A DNA stretch of 63,337 bases, filler included, from Actinomycetota bacterium (GCA_013152275.1; 3 parts of 3 records of this genome joined end to end with filler, not necessarily neighbours in it); one strand, 5' to 3'. Shown: positions 45,016 to 56,734, counted from the whole stretch's first letter. Notes: generated by a model from the sequence alone, not told the origin. A program made the numbers and translations.

Positions 45016-45917
45016 GCACAGGGCATAGTCACGCCTCCGTCTCGGCCGGCGCCAAGCATATCGGGCGCCTGTGGGTCACCTTCGGACTGGTCGTCGTCTT
45101 CATGGTCGTGGAGGCGGTCACGGCTCTTCTGTCCGGATCATTGGCGCTGCTGTCGGACGCCGGCCACATGGCCACCGATGCCGTAGGTCTCGGGATGTCA
45201 CTCGCAGCGATCATTGCGGCGACCCGGGTCCAAAGCTCCGGCAACCTGACCTATGGGGTGTACCGCCTCGAGATCCTCGCGGCACTCGCCAACTCCGTGT
45301 TGCTTCTCGGTGTTGGAGCCTATGTGCTCGTGGAAGCGGTGAAACGACTCGAGGACCCGACCGCAGTGATGAGCGGACCGATGTTGATCGTGGCCATCCT
45401 TGGCCTCATCGTGAACATCGTGTCGTGGTTGCTGCTTCGGAAAGGGGCCAAGGAGAGCCTCAACCTGGAGGGCGCCTTCCTGGAAGTCGTGGCGGACGCG
45501 ATCGGCTCCGTCGGCGTCATCGCCGCCGCTCTCATCTTGCGCTATACGGGGTGGCTGTACGCGGATCCCTTGTTCGGCGCGGCAATCGGCCTGTTCATCA
45601 TTCCCCGAGCCTGGCGTCTCGGGCGCAAGGCCATCCGCGTTCTCATCGAGGCCGCCCCAACCGAGATCTCCGTCAGCGAGATGCGCGAGCGGCTCCGCGT
45701 CCTACCTGGTGTCATCGATGTTCACGACCTGCACGTGTGGACCCTCACCTCTGACATGAATGTGGCATCGGCGCACCTCATGATCGACCAAACGTTGGAT
45801 TCGCACCCGGTCCTCGACCAGGCTCGGGACCTCCTGAAAGAGGAGTACGGCATCACCCATGCCACCCTCCAGGTGGAACCCGATACACACGAAGGATGCG
45901 AGGACGCGACCTGTTGA
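45012..45917 (+). CDS. Cation diffusion facilitator (CzcD-like)
   Basis: SLALLSDAGHMATD, HDLHVW, HATLQVE. Confidence 0.93.
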   Translation: MSTGHSHASVSAGAKHIGRLWVTFGLVVVFMVVEAVTALLSGSLALLSDAGHMATDAVGLGMSLAAIIAATRVQSSGNLTYGVYRLEILAALANSVLLLGVGAYVLVEAVKRLEDPTAVMSGPMLIVAILGLIVNIVSWLLLRKGAKESLNLEGAFLEVVADAIGSVGVIAAALILRYTGWLYADPLFGAAIGLFIIPRAWRLGRKAIRVLIEAAPTEISVSEMRERLRVLPGVIDVHDLHVWTLTSDMNVASAHLMIDQTLDSHPVLDQARDLLKEEYGITHATLQVEPDTHEGCEDATC

Positions 45918-47839
45918 TCGACGATCCGGATTCCAGATCGTCACGATCCGCCCACACCGGATCCCGCCACATTCGGCTGCGCGAACTGCTGCAGTCACGT
46001 CCCGTACGCTGGTCACTCTCGTCGGGCCTCCTGCTCGCCACAGGTTTCGCCGCCGGACGCCTCGACGCACCGGATCTGGTGAGTTCGGGTCTCTACATCC
46101 TCGCCCTCGTCGCAGGAGGGCGATTCTTCGCCACAGAGGCGATGGAAGAACTCATCGAGGGACACCGGATCGACATCGAGCTGTTGATGACCGTCGCCGC
46201 CGTCGTCGCCGGGATCCTCGGCGAGTGGGGAGAAGCTGCCACGCTGGCTTTCCTCTACTCGATATCCGAAGCTCTGGAAAGCTTCACGGAGGACCGCTCC
46301 CGCCGGGCGATCGAGGCGCTCTTCGAGCTGGCGCCAAGAATCGTCACACGAATCGATCCCGACGGAACCGAAACCGACATCGCCATAGAGCAGCTCGAAG
46401 TCCGAGATCGCTTCCTCGTCCGGCCGGGTCAGAATGTGGCGACCGACGGTGTGGTCGTCGAGGGCTCGTCGGCCGTGAACGAAGCGGCGATCACCGGGGA
46501 ATCCATGCCGATGGAGAAATCGCCGGGTTCCCGCGTGTACGCGGGAACCACGAATGCACAGGGAGCGCTCGTGATCGAGGCGACGGCGACCTTCGCAGAC
46601 AACACACTCTCGGCCATCGTTCGTCTCGTCAAGGAGGCCCAGGAGCAGAAGGGCCGTGGACAGCGGTTCATGGAACGGTTCACCCGTCACTACTCACCGG
46701 CCGTGCTCGCCACAGGCGTGGCCGTCATGCTCGTGGGTGGGTTCGTGACCGGCGAGTGGGCAAGATGGGCCGAACGGTCGGCCATCGTGCTGGTCGCCGC
46801 CGCACCCTGCGCCCTGGTCATCTCGATCCCGGTGACCTACGTCGCCGCCATCGGCAATGCGGCGCGCCGAGGCGTACTGATCAAAGGGGGCGTCTACCTC
46901 GAAGAGCTCGCCCAGGTGCGCGCAGTGGCGCTGGACAAGACCGGCACGCTGACTCGTGGAGAGCCACGGGTGACCGCCCTGGTTCCGCTCACGACCATCT
47001 CCGAGGACGACGTCCTGACGATCGCTGCCGGCATCGAACGCTCCTCGGAACACCCCCTGGCGCGCGCCATCGTGTCGGCAGCGCGCGAGCGCGGCCTGGA
47101 TTCTCCGGCGGTGTCGGACTTCCAGACCGCACCAGGCGCAGGAGCCCGTGCAACGATCGACGGTGCCGTCTACGTGATCGGCTCGCCGAGCTATCTGGAG
47201 CGCCTGGGCATACGCGTGGACACCGACATCGTCGCCGATCTGGAGGCATCCGGCGCGACCGCCGTCGTGCTGACACGGGACCGTGAGCCCCTCGCGGTGA
47301 TCGGGATCGCCGATGAACTCCGGCCCGATGTCGCCGATACGCTCCACGGCCTCCGTGGTTTCGTGGACCATCTCGTCATGCTCACCGGGGACAATCCCCG
47401 AACGGCCTCCGCCATTGCCAGAGATCTCGGCCTGGACGAGGTGCTGGCAGGGTTGTCCCCATCGGACAAGGCGGCTGCCATCAACCGGCTCGTCGAACGC
47501 CACCGACATGCCGCCATGGTCGGCGACGGCGTCAACGACGCCCCCGCGTTGGCTGCCGCTTCCGTGGGCATAGCGATGGGCACCGCCGGGTCCGACGTGG
47601 CCCTCGAAGCCGCCGACGTGGCCCTGATGGCAGACGATCTCTCCAAACTCATCGACGCGTTCACGATCGGACGACGAACACGACGGGTGGTGGCTCAGAA
47701 CATCACCATGGCCCTCGTCCTGCTGGCGGTGCTGATACCCGCGGCGCTCGCCGGTCTGCTGTCCCTTCCGGCCGCGGTTCTCGCCCATGAGCTCTCCGAG
47801 ATTGCGGTGATCGCAAACGGGACGAGACTCGCCCGCTGA
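45914..47839 (+). CDS. Heavy-metal P1B-type ATPase without an N-terminal metal-binding domain
   Basis: TGES, APCAL, DKTGT, SEHP, GDGVND, HELSE. Confidence 0.93.
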   Translation: MIDDPDSRSSRSAHTGSRHIRLRELLQSRPVRWSLSSGLLLATGFAAGRLDAPDLVSSGLYILALVAGGRFFATEAMEELIEGHRIDIELLMTVAAVVAGILGEWGEAATLAFLYSISEALESFTEDRSRRAIEALFELAPRIVTRIDPDGTETDIAIEQLEVRDRFLVRPGQNVATDGVVVEGSSAVNEAAITGESMPMEKSPGSRVYAGTTNAQGALVIEATATFADNTLSAIVRLVKEAQEQKGRGQRFMERFTRHYSPAVLATGVAVMLVGGFVTGEWARWAERSAIVLVAAAPCALVISIPVTYVAAIGNAARRGVLIKGGVYLEELAQVRAVALDKTGTLTRGEPRVTALVPLTTISEDDVLTIAAGIERSSEHPLARAIVSAARERGLDSPAVSDFQTAPGAGARATIDGAVYVIGSPSYLERLGIRVDTDIVADLEASGATAVVLTRDREPLAVIGIADELRPDVADTLHGLRGFVDHLVMLTGDNPRTASAIARDLGLDEVLAGLSPSDKAAAINRLVERHRHAAMVGDGVNDAPALAAASVGIAMGTAGSDVALEAADVALMADDLSKLIDAFTIGRRTRRVVAQNITMALVLLAVLIPAALAGLLSLPAAVLAHELSEIAVIANGTRLAR

Positions 47840-47863
47840 ACTCTGCCGGTTCCCCGTGTCAGG

Positions 47864-49017
47864 TCAAGTCGACGGGATCCTGATCACGAATGTCGCACCT
47901 TCTCCGAGTCCGGCGGATGTCGCCGTGATGTCTCCGCCGTGTTGTCGAACGATGCCGCGTGCGATCGTCAGGCCGATACCGGTTCCCCCGGGTCCGGAGT
48001 GGTCCACCCGATAGAAACGCTCGAATACCTGCGTCTGCTGGTCAGGAGTCAGACCGAGTCCGGTGTCGGTCACTCGGACAAGCACATCCGAGCCCTCGGA
48101 TCCGATATCGACGGAGACACGCCCTCCCGCCGGCGTGTAGGCAAGCGCGTTCCCGATCACGTTGATGAGCACCTGCGAAAGGCGATCACGGTCGCCTCGG
48201 ACGTGCAGCTCTTCCCCCGCCTCGACTTCGACGGCGACACCCTTGGCTTCGAACTGGACCTGCAGGTGCTCGATCACCTGGGTAACGAGTCGTGTCAGAT
48301 CGAGTTCCTCGAGGTTCAACGGCTGAGCACCCTCTTCTGCCCGGGACAGCGCTCCCAGGTCCTCCGTCAGCCGCTTGAGCCGCCGAACTTCACGATCCCA
48401 GGCCGCGAGCATTTCCGGGGTCGGCTCAAAAACACCGTCGAGAAGCCCTTCGACGTACCCCTCGATGGTGGCGAGCGGCGTTCGGAGCTCATGAGCAACC
48501 TCCGAGATGAGTCGCACCCGCCGTTGTTCCGTCTCGTCGAGCGCCTGCGCCAGAGCGTTCACGTCTCGAGCAACCGCCGCCAGCTCTATCTCGGCAGGGA
48601 GGTCGACCCGCTCCTCGTACGAACCGCCTGCCATGCGACGCGTCACCCTGCGGATCGATGCCAGCGGAGCAAGGATTCTCCGGGTCGCGAACGACGCGAT
48701 CGCCATCCCGGCGAGACCGGCCACCAGGAGCGCCACGGCAAGCGCACGACGTAGCGATCCGTCGAACGCGTCGCGCAGACCCTGCTCGACGGTTGGCGTG
48801 AGGAAGCCCTGCGACATACCCGACATGTCCCGACCCGTCATCATGTCGTCCATGATCATGTCCGGAGACATCATCATCTCATTCATACTTCGGACGTCGC
48901 CTTCGAAGTACGCGGGGGCCAGCAGCTCGACCATCACGACCAGCGTGACTGCGCCGATCAGGATCACGACGAGATATGACACCATGAGCCTCGTGCGCAG
49001 ACTCCCGAACGGCCGTG

Positions 49018-49021
<4 letters not shown>
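47864..49021 (-). CDS. Sensor histidine kinase with a Met-rich external loop
   Basis: 2 TMs, HAMP, HELRTPL, N/G1/F/G2 boxes. Confidence 0.93.
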
Positions 49022-49710
<689 letters not shown>

Positions 49711-49773
49711 GACAACGATGGTAGGGCGCAGGATCTCCCGCGCCCGACCGATTCGTTCACCCGGGGGCTGCTG

Positions 49774-50205
49774 CTACCGGCCGCCACGCATGCCACCACC
49801 GTTGCCATAACCCGGCGTCGACCCGTTGCCATAGCCGGAGCCCATCATCGAGCCGTGGCCGGAACCGTCCGCGCCCCACATGGATTCGTGCATCTCATCC
49901 ATTCGGTCATGGTCCGGGTCGTTACCGTTCCAGACCGAATCGTGCATCTCGTCCATCCATTCTTCCGACTGCACACCATCGGCGCCTCGCATCGAAGCGT
50001 GCATCTCGTCGGTGCACTCATCACCGTTCCGGGCCGAGTCGTGCGTTGCGTCCATCCCTTCATGCCCGACACCTGCCGGAATGATGCCGGGAGTCGAGAC
50101 CGGCGAGGGAGCTGGTGCCGGTGCTTGGGAGAACGCAAAGGCGACGGCCGGTGTCACGAGCAAACCGAGGATCACGGCCCCCGCTATCAGATATCTTTTC
50201 TTCAT
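49774..50205 (-). CDS. Secreted Met/His-rich protein
   Basis: Signal peptide; repeats DEMHASM / DEMHDSV / DEMHESM; start may be 50214. Confidence 0.8.
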   Translation of the reverse strand: MKKRYLIAGAVILGLLVTPAVAFAFSQAPAPAPSPVSTPGIIPAGVGHEGMDATHDSARNGDECTDEMHASMRGADGVQSEEWMDEMHDSVWNGNDPDHDRMDEMHESMWGADGSGHGSMMGSGYGNGSTPGYGNGGGMRGGR

Positions 50206-50581
50206 GATGATCATGTCCTTCCTGCTCATCGGGATCCGGATGATGTCCGTCTCCCGCTCCGTCTTGTCTGTTGGGATACAGCCAAGCGGATCGGCATCAA
50301 GGAACGTCCGATGGCTCGGTAAAGCTTCTGTAATGACGCGCACCCGCCTCAGGTCGGTCCGTAGGAGCGACCTGAGGCCCGAGCCACGAGGGCCCTTCGT
50401 TCCGAACACGGGTCGCTCATCTGTCGGGCCCTCCGTCACGTTCACGTCCTCGAACCGGACGCGAAGGCGGCCCCCAATCGAGAGAGCGACCGTTCGACAA
50501 AGCGCCGGCTGTGCGACCGTTCCCCTCGACCCTCACCTGGTCCGTCGGTAGCAGGGCCCACCGGCGAATCCCACTGCAGTG

Positions 50582-51253
50582 CTACGAGCCTGGCGGGGCC
50601 TGGAGATTGCCACCTACCCTCGATTGAGGCACTTCCCCTCGCAGCATGGTGTCCAAGGTGGAGCTCAGGAGGCCTGCGTTGGACTCACCGACGATCTTCG
50701 CCGCCACGATCCCCTCGGGATCGATGAAGAACGTCTCGGGGATGCCATAGACGCCATACTCGATGGCCACACGCGAGCCTTCGTCCGTCACACTGTCATA
50801 CCCGCGGCCCAACTCGTCCAGGAACCGGATCGCCGCTTCCGGCTTGTCCTGGAACACGATGCCGACGAAACGAACACCCTTGTCCTCGTATCTGAGTGCG
50901 GTCCTCACGAGATCATTGTGTTCGGCCCGGCAGGCGACACACCATGATGCCCAGAAGTTCACCACGACGATCTGGCCTCTGAGGCTTTCCAGTGACAAGG
51001 TCCCTTCCTTCTCGAGGTAGGGAAGCTCGAACGCGGGAGCTTCCTTTCCGAGAAGCGGAGACTTCACCAAGCTGGGGTCCATCCCGAATCGGCTGCCGAA
51101 GACCACTCCCAACAAGATGCCGGCCACGGCAACCAGCACCGCGGCCCACCGCGCGTATCGAACACGCGGCGCAGTCTCGTCCTTGTCGATCCCGAGGCGC
51201 TTGTCGCCGTCCTGACGTACCTCCCCCTCGGGTTGCTTGGATTCGGGCTTCAT
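50582..51253 (-). CDS. TlpA/ResA/CcmG-family thiol-disulfide oxidoreductase
   Basis: TM anchor, NFWASWCVAC, GIPETFF. Confidence 0.9.
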   Translation of the reverse strand: MKPESKQPEGEVRQDGDKRLGIDKDETAPRVRYARWAAVLVAVAGILLGVVFGSRFGMDPSLVKSPLLGKEAPAFELPYLEKEGTLSLESLRGQIVVVNFWASWCVACRAEHNDLVRTALRYEDKGVRFVGIVFQDKPEAAIRFLDELGRGYDSVTDEGSRVAIEYGVYGIPETFFIDPEGIVAAKIVGESNAGLLSSTLDTMLRGEVPQSRVGGNLQAPPGS

Positions 51254-51471
51254 GCATCTCCCTCGACGAACCGCCAGAGCGAACAAGATCTGCGCCGGTT
51301 CACATCTTGTGGCTCCTACGCCCTTGATGTCCTACAGATCGTAGTAGCCGGCGACTTTCTGGCCGAACCCGTCAGAGTGTGGCTCTCCACACCCGCACCG
51401 TCATCCCTGCCCTGAATCGTTTCGACGGTCTCTCTCCAGCCCGCGCTCTCCCAGGCGAGACCATCGTTCCT

Positions 51472-51873
51472 CTACCGTCGCCGTGCGGGTGTGGTGTCCC
51501 GACGCCGTCGCGACAGTGCCATCCATATGCCACCCGCTACGACCGGAATGGGGAGCAGCCACACCACCAGCGTCTTCCCCGAGAAAGGAGGATCGAGCAG
51601 GATCGCCTCCCCATAGGAGGCCTCGAAATACGCGATGATCTGATCGTCGGTCTCGCCTGCCGCAACCTTTTCCTCAACGACGTCCATCATCGCTCTGGCA
51701 GTCTCGGATGGAGATGTCGCGATGGACTCGCCCTGGCACACGGGACACATGATCCGGCGCCCGATGGCGAGCACCCGGTTTTCCGGGGTCGGATCCCCGA
51801 GGACGAAGCCGATGATGACGATGGCCGCCAACAGCAGGGTCAGCAGCGTGCCGGGCAGTCGGGAACTAGACAT
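51472..51873 (-). CDS. ccmH: Cytochrome c biogenesis protein CcmH
   Basis: MCPVCQGESI, YGEAILLDPP. Confidence 0.9.
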   Translation of the reverse strand: MSSSRLPGTLLTLLLAAIVIIGFVLGDPTPENRVLAIGRRIMCPVCQGESIATSPSETARAMMDVVEEKVAAGETDDQIIAYFEASYGEAILLDPPFSGKTLVVWLLPIPVVAGGIWMALSRRRRDTTPARRR

Positions 51874-53902
51874 GCGCCGTCCGCTCTACGGTCGTTCGGT
51901 CTCGTTCGGGCTTCTTGACCACGCGGGACCACAGAGCCGCGATCGCGGTGAGGAAGCCGCCCACCCAAACCAACCAGATGAGTGGAAACCAGAAGATGCG
52001 AATGGCAACGTTCTGCTCATCGAGGCTCTTCAGTGACAGGTACAGATCTCCCTGCAGCGTCGCATCGATATCCGGCGTCGCTACCGAATCGAGCGACTGC
52101 GGATACTGGTTGAGGCGGGGTTCGAGCACCGAAACCATCCTGCCGTCCTTCGCGACCTCGATGCGGGCACCCGTGACACTCCGATTCGGTTCTTGGCGCT
52201 CGAAGCGCTGCATGTACGTGAGGTCGAAACCTGCGACCGACACGGTGTCTCCCGGAGACATGACTGCACTCGTATCCACCGCCAGGTTGGCGGAGAACGC
52301 GATGCCGATGGCGAGCAGGGCAACCCCCAGATGGGACATCTGTCCTCCCCAGTACCCCGCGTCACTGCGCAGAACACGCAAGATCGCGGCCGGAACGGAC
52401 AGCTCGCGCCGATCAGCGACCTTGCGTGCCGATACGGACAGATGCCGAACGATCACCGATATCACAAATGACGCCGCGAGGACCGTCATCAGCAGATAGG
52501 GGTTGCGATAGCCGAGGACGACCATGACCGCCGTCACTCCCAAGGCGGCCCGAAGTGGAACACGAATCCGGCCCCACACGACAGACCCCTTCGCTGCCCG
52601 ATACGGTGTCACGGGCCCGATCGCCATGGCCAGCAGCAACCCGATCGAGAGAGGAATCGCCATACGGTCGAAGAATGGGCGCCCGACGCCGACCCTGTCG
52701 CCCGTGATCGCCTCGACCACCATCGGATAGAGGGTTCCCGTGAGCACGATGAAGGCGAACACCGTCAGCAAGAGGTTGTTGCCGAGAAACACGCCTTCCC
52801 GACTGGCCAGCGAGTCCAGACGCGGAGAGGAGGCGACCAGGTGCACCCTGGCGGCGAAAAGGCCGAACGATGCCACCAGCACCACCATGAGGAACCACAG
52901 GAGAGCCGGCCCGATCGGAGACTGGCTGAAGGCATGAACCGAGTTGATCACACCGGATCGAGTGAGGAATGTACCGAGGATGGTCAGGGCGAACGCCGCG
53001 ATGACCAGAACGAAGTTCCAGGCCTGCAGCATGCCGCGACGTGCCTGTACGACCGAAGAGTGCAAGAAGGCCGTGGCGACCAACCATGGCAGGAATGAAG
53101 CATTCTCCACCGGATCCCAGGCCCAGAAACCACCCCAGCCCAGCACCTCGTAGGACCAGAGTCCACCAACGACGATCCCCAGCGTGAGGAACATCCAGGT
53201 GATCAGCGTCCAGGACCGAGTGCGACGCAACCACTCCGTGCCACTAGAACCCCGCATGAGTGCCGACATCGCGAACGCGTACGGAACGGTCAGCCCCACG
53301 TATCCGATATAGAGCGTTGGAGGATGGACGGCCATGAGCGGGTGATTCTGGAGCAGCGGATTCGGGCCCCGCCCCTCGAGAGCAGCGAGAGCCGGAGCCC
53401 AGGGCAAGTTGCTGGCCTGGAAACAGCCGACCGAAGCAGGCGCGACACAGACGGCAAAAGGATTGGAGATGCTGGCCATGAGTGCAAAGAAGTACACCGA
53501 GACGATGCCCAGTACCGCCAGCGCTCCCGCACCGAGAGGATCGGGGCCTTTCCTGCGAGCAAGGCCCCAGTAGACAGTGAGAATGAACACTGCGAGAACC
53601 AGGCCCCACAGGACGATGCTGCCTTGCAGCGCGCCCCAGGCCGATGCCGCCTTGTAGAGAAGCGGAGTCGTTCTGGTGGAATTGTTTGCCACATAGCTGA
53701 TCGAAAAGTCGTCAGTGAGAAGGGCGACCTCGAGGCTGGTCATCGCTACCACGGCACCGCCGACAAGACCGTACACGGGCCACTTCAGACGCGACGCGAC
53801 TGCCGCAGAAGGTCTCACCATGCCGCGAAACCCGCTCACCACCAGCCAGGCAGAGGAGACGAGGGAGATGACGACACCCAGATAGCCGACGATGGCGGTC
53901 AC
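51866..53902 (-). CDS. ccmF: Heme lyase CcmF
   Basis: LNP-like PNPLLQ, HPP, WGGFWAWDPVEN, SVHAF; start 53902 or 53923. Confidence 0.95.
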   Translation of the reverse strand: MTAIVGYLGVVISLVSSAWLVVSGFRGMVRPSAAVASRLKWPVYGLVGGAVVAMTSLEVALLTDDFSISYVANNSTRTTPLLYKAASAWGALQGSIVLWGLVLAVFILTVYWGLARRKGPDPLGAGALAVLGIVSVYFFALMASISNPFAVCVAPASVGCFQASNLPWAPALAALEGRGPNPLLQNHPLMAVHPPTLYIGYVGLTVPYAFAMSALMRGSSGTEWLRRTRSWTLITWMFLTLGIVVGGLWSYEVLGWGGFWAWDPVENASFLPWLVATAFLHSSVVQARRGMLQAWNFVLVIAAFALTILGTFLTRSGVINSVHAFSQSPIGPALLWFLMVVLVASFGLFAARVHLVASSPRLDSLASREGVFLGNNLLLTVFAFIVLTGTLYPMVVEAITGDRVGVGRPFFDRMAIPLSIGLLLAMAIGPVTPYRAAKGSVVWGRIRVPLRAALGVTAVMVVLGYRNPYLLMTVLAASFVISVIVRHLSVSARKVADRRELSVPAAILRVLRSDAGYWGGQMSHLGVALLAIGIAFSANLAVDTSAVMSPGDTVSVAGFDLTYMQRFERQEPNRSVTGARIEVAKDGRMVSVLEPRLNQYPQSLDSVATPDIDATLQGDLYLSLKSLDEQNVAIRIFWFPLIWLVWVGGFLTAIAALWSRVVKKPERDRTTVERTAHV

Positions 53903-54138
53903 GACCGCCGCCTTCCACTGCATCGAAACGTTGGCGCAAGTTCATCGATATCGGCGATCCCTCTCATCATGCCTGGAACTTGTGCCATCAGCGTCTCCGT
54001 TGAAGATCAGAAGCCAGAGGAACAGCGTTGAGAATCGCGAGCACACCGAACCCGGCCGGACGTTTTATACGACGCAGCGTAGTAGTTGAATCCGGACCTG
54101 CCGAACTGACGGCGATCTGATACAGCACGAAATGACAG

Positions 54139-54867
54139 TCAGATCGGGGGCCAGCCAAGTCGGGCAAAGGCGCTCTGAAGAGGGATGAAGATCGCCCGCC
54201 AGATACCCGAGGTGAACATCACTCCAACCGCAACAAGCATCGAACCACCCACCATCTCCACTCGCCTGCCGTTGCGCTTCAGCCACGCCAGCGACCCCCG
54301 GGCTCGCTGGAACCCCAGGGCCACCAACACGAAGGGAATCCCCAGTCCGAGAGAGTAGATCGCAAGGAGCGCCCCACCCCACATGACCGTCTGGGTTGCA
54401 CCGGCGACCGTGAGGATCGTGGCGAGAATCGGACCGATGCACGGTGTCCAACCGACAGCAAAGGCCATCCCCATTGGGAAAGCACCCTTCAATCCTCGCG
54501 GAGCCCGCGTCATGTCCAGACGGAGTTCCCGGTGATACCCGGGGATTCGAAGGACGCCCAACATGGCGAGTCCCATCACGATGATCCCGACACCTGCTAT
54601 GCGGGTGATGAGATCGACGTTCCTCAAGAAGAGGGATCCCACGAGCGCAAACGACGCCCCGAGGGCAGTGAACACAACGGTGAAACCCCCGACGAAGAGC
54701 AGTGCTGCTTTCAGGATCGTCGACCGCGCGGCACGATCTCCGAGATCCTCCACCGGCAACGCCGACATGTACGACAGATACCCGGGAATCAACGGCAGAC
54801 TGCACGGAGAGCTGAAGGAGACGATGCCGGCTATCAGAGCGAGAACCGCGAGTATCACGTCTGTCAT
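54139..54867 (-). CDS. ccdA: Cytochrome c biogenesis protein CcdA
   Basis: SFSSPCSLPLIP, GWTPCIGP, YSLGLGIPF. Confidence 0.93.
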   Translation of the reverse strand: MTDVILAVLALIAGIVSFSSPCSLPLIPGYLSYMSALPVEDLGDRAARSTILKAALLFVGGFTVVFTALGASFALVGSLFLRNVDLITRIAGVGIIVMGLAMLGVLRIPGYHRELRLDMTRAPRGLKGAFPMGMAFAVGWTPCIGPILATILTVAGATQTVMWGGALLAIYSLGLGIPFVLVALGFQRARGSLAWLKRNGRRVEMVGGSMLVAVGVMFTSGIWRAIFIPLQSAFARLGWPPI

Positions 54868-54975
54868 ACAACGACGCAGTGTAGTCGTCGCACCCGGCGG
54901 CTCCTCCTACAACCCTGCTCGTGCCTCCCCTGCGGCCAAGGCACTTGGCGACCGTGCACCTCTCATCGAGACGGA

Positions 54976-55467
54976 TCAGCCCTGCACTCTTATCGGAGTG
55001 GGCTGGAACTCGATCTCGTCGCCTTCTACGTCGAGCTCATAGCGATCCAGCGGGCGGGGCGGCGGACCCGAAACGACGTTTCCGTTCTCGTCGTACACAC
55101 CGGCATGGCATGGACAGTAGAACTGCCTGCGATCCTCCACCCACCGCACTCGACAGCCCAGATGCGTACAGATGTTCGACATGCCGATGAAATCGCGTCC
55201 ATCGTCCGTCTTCACATAGACGGCAATATCCTCGGTCGTCGTCTGCCAACCCGTCGTGTAGTCGACCGAAGTCTTTAACAGGGTCGGTTCGCCGAGCGCG
55301 ACGTTCCTCGTCGAACCCAGCGGAAGCCATTCGGCGCCTGCTTCGGCTTGCTTCGGCGGCAGGATGTATGCCACGGCCGATGCACCGAACACGGCGCCGA
55401 TGGCCGCGAGCATGACGGTTATTGCCCTGCGAAGGAATGTGCGTCGACCGATCGAGTTGCTCACCAT
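54976..55467 (-). CDS. Rieske [2Fe-2S] protein with Tat anchor (QcrA-like)
   Basis: RRTFL, CTHLGC, CPCHAG, GPPPRPL. Confidence 0.93.
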   Translation of the reverse strand: MVSNSIGRRTFLRRAITVMLAAIGAVFGASAVAYILPPKQAEAGAEWLPLGSTRNVALGEPTLLKTSVDYTTGWQTTTEDIAVYVKTDDGRDFIGMSNICTHLGCRVRWVEDRRQFYCPCHAGVYDENGNVVSGPPPRPLDRYELDVEGDEIEFQPTPIRVQG

Positions 55468-55934
55468 CGCCTCCTCTCTCAGTCCTCGCCAAGAAAGCCT
55501 ACTACGACAGAATGTCGTTCCTCCCGGATATCAGGCGTCAAACCTCGCCTCGTCGGAAAAGGTGGTTGCGCCCACAGGGGTTTGTCGCGTGATGCCGGTA
55601 CGTGGATCACCTGCAGGAACGTGACCTCAACGAACCCTCCCCATATCCGTGGACACAACTCGGGTCACCCACAACGACATAGGTGCTCTACTCGGGCGAA
55701 CGCGATCGCAGCCTCCTTTGAGCCGTCCGTCAACTCCCACACCGCTTCTGTTCGCGCCGGTGACCTGAAGGTCCCTTCGGTCAGATCATCGGTCCATCCT
55801 CTCGGAAACATCTGACCACGGACCTTGTCAGAGTACGGCAGACGCCCGGAGACATCGTCTGTCGCGTGGCATGGCACGAGCCCCAGATGACGCCACAATG
55901 GGGATGCAACCACGACCACCAAGGCACACCGCAC

Positions 55935-56287
55935 ATGCCCTTCGGCGACCGCATCCGACAACTCCGCAAAGAAGCCGGCCGGCCCCAAGCCGAACTCGGC
56001 ACCAAGATCGGCACCGGCTCGGCCGCATCAGCCACTACGAAACCGGCAAGATCACCCCATCCGCCGACGCCCTCGTCCGCCTCGTAGAAACCTTCGGAGT
56101 CTCCTGCGACTACCTCCTCATCGACGACGCCCCCCGCCGACCCTTCCGTTCCCCCGAAGACACCCTCGGCGAACACCTCCACCAACTCACCGAACTCACC
56201 CCCCACGGCCAACAACTCGTCATCAGCTTCATCGACGCCCTCGTCACCAAAACCCGCCTCAAAACCCTCGCCGGCGGAATCAACTGA
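55935..56287 (+). pseudogene. XRE-family HTH regulator, frameshifted near 56020
   Basis: FGDRIRQLRK..QAELG in one frame and ISHYETGKITPS..FGVSCDYLL in another. Confidence 0.8.
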
Positions 56288-56289
56288 AC

Positions 56290-56730
56290 ATGAGCTCCTG
56301 GCGCGACACCGCATCACCGCAAGCTCAGCAAGACCTTGACACGCTCCTCGACACTGCACTCGGCTTCGCTCAACAGCAGCTGGATAGGCACGGTGAGTTC
56401 TTCCCCTATGCCGTCATGGTTCGATCTGACGGTGAGACGGAGATGGTCGCCGCCCGGCCCGACGCCGACAACGACCGTCCCGCCTCGGTCGACGTGATCA
56501 CAGCGTGCCGGATCACGCTCACCGAACGACGAGATCAACTGAGGGCGGCAGCGGTTGTTGCCGACGTCCGCTTGCCCGGGGGCGGCGATGCCGTCCGGGT
56601 AGAACTCGAACACACCGAGGGACCGGCGCTCACGGTCTTGCTGCCCTATGCCAGAAAGCGGTTCGGGCGAGGCATCGACTTCGGAGAACTCCAAGCGGCA
56701 GCGGGAACCAAACACGTCTGGCTCGGCTGA
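56290..56730 (+). CDS. Hypothetical protein
   Basis: Intact 146-aa ORF directly after the XRE gene; GEFFPYA motif. Confidence 0.75.
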   Translation: MSSWRDTASPQAQQDLDTLLDTALGFAQQQLDRHGEFFPYAVMVRSDGETEMVAARPDADNDRPASVDVITACRITLTERRDQLRAAAVVADVRLPGGGDAVRVELEHTEGPALTVLLPYARKRFGRGIDFGELQAAAGTKHVWLG

Positions 56731-56734
56731 CCGG

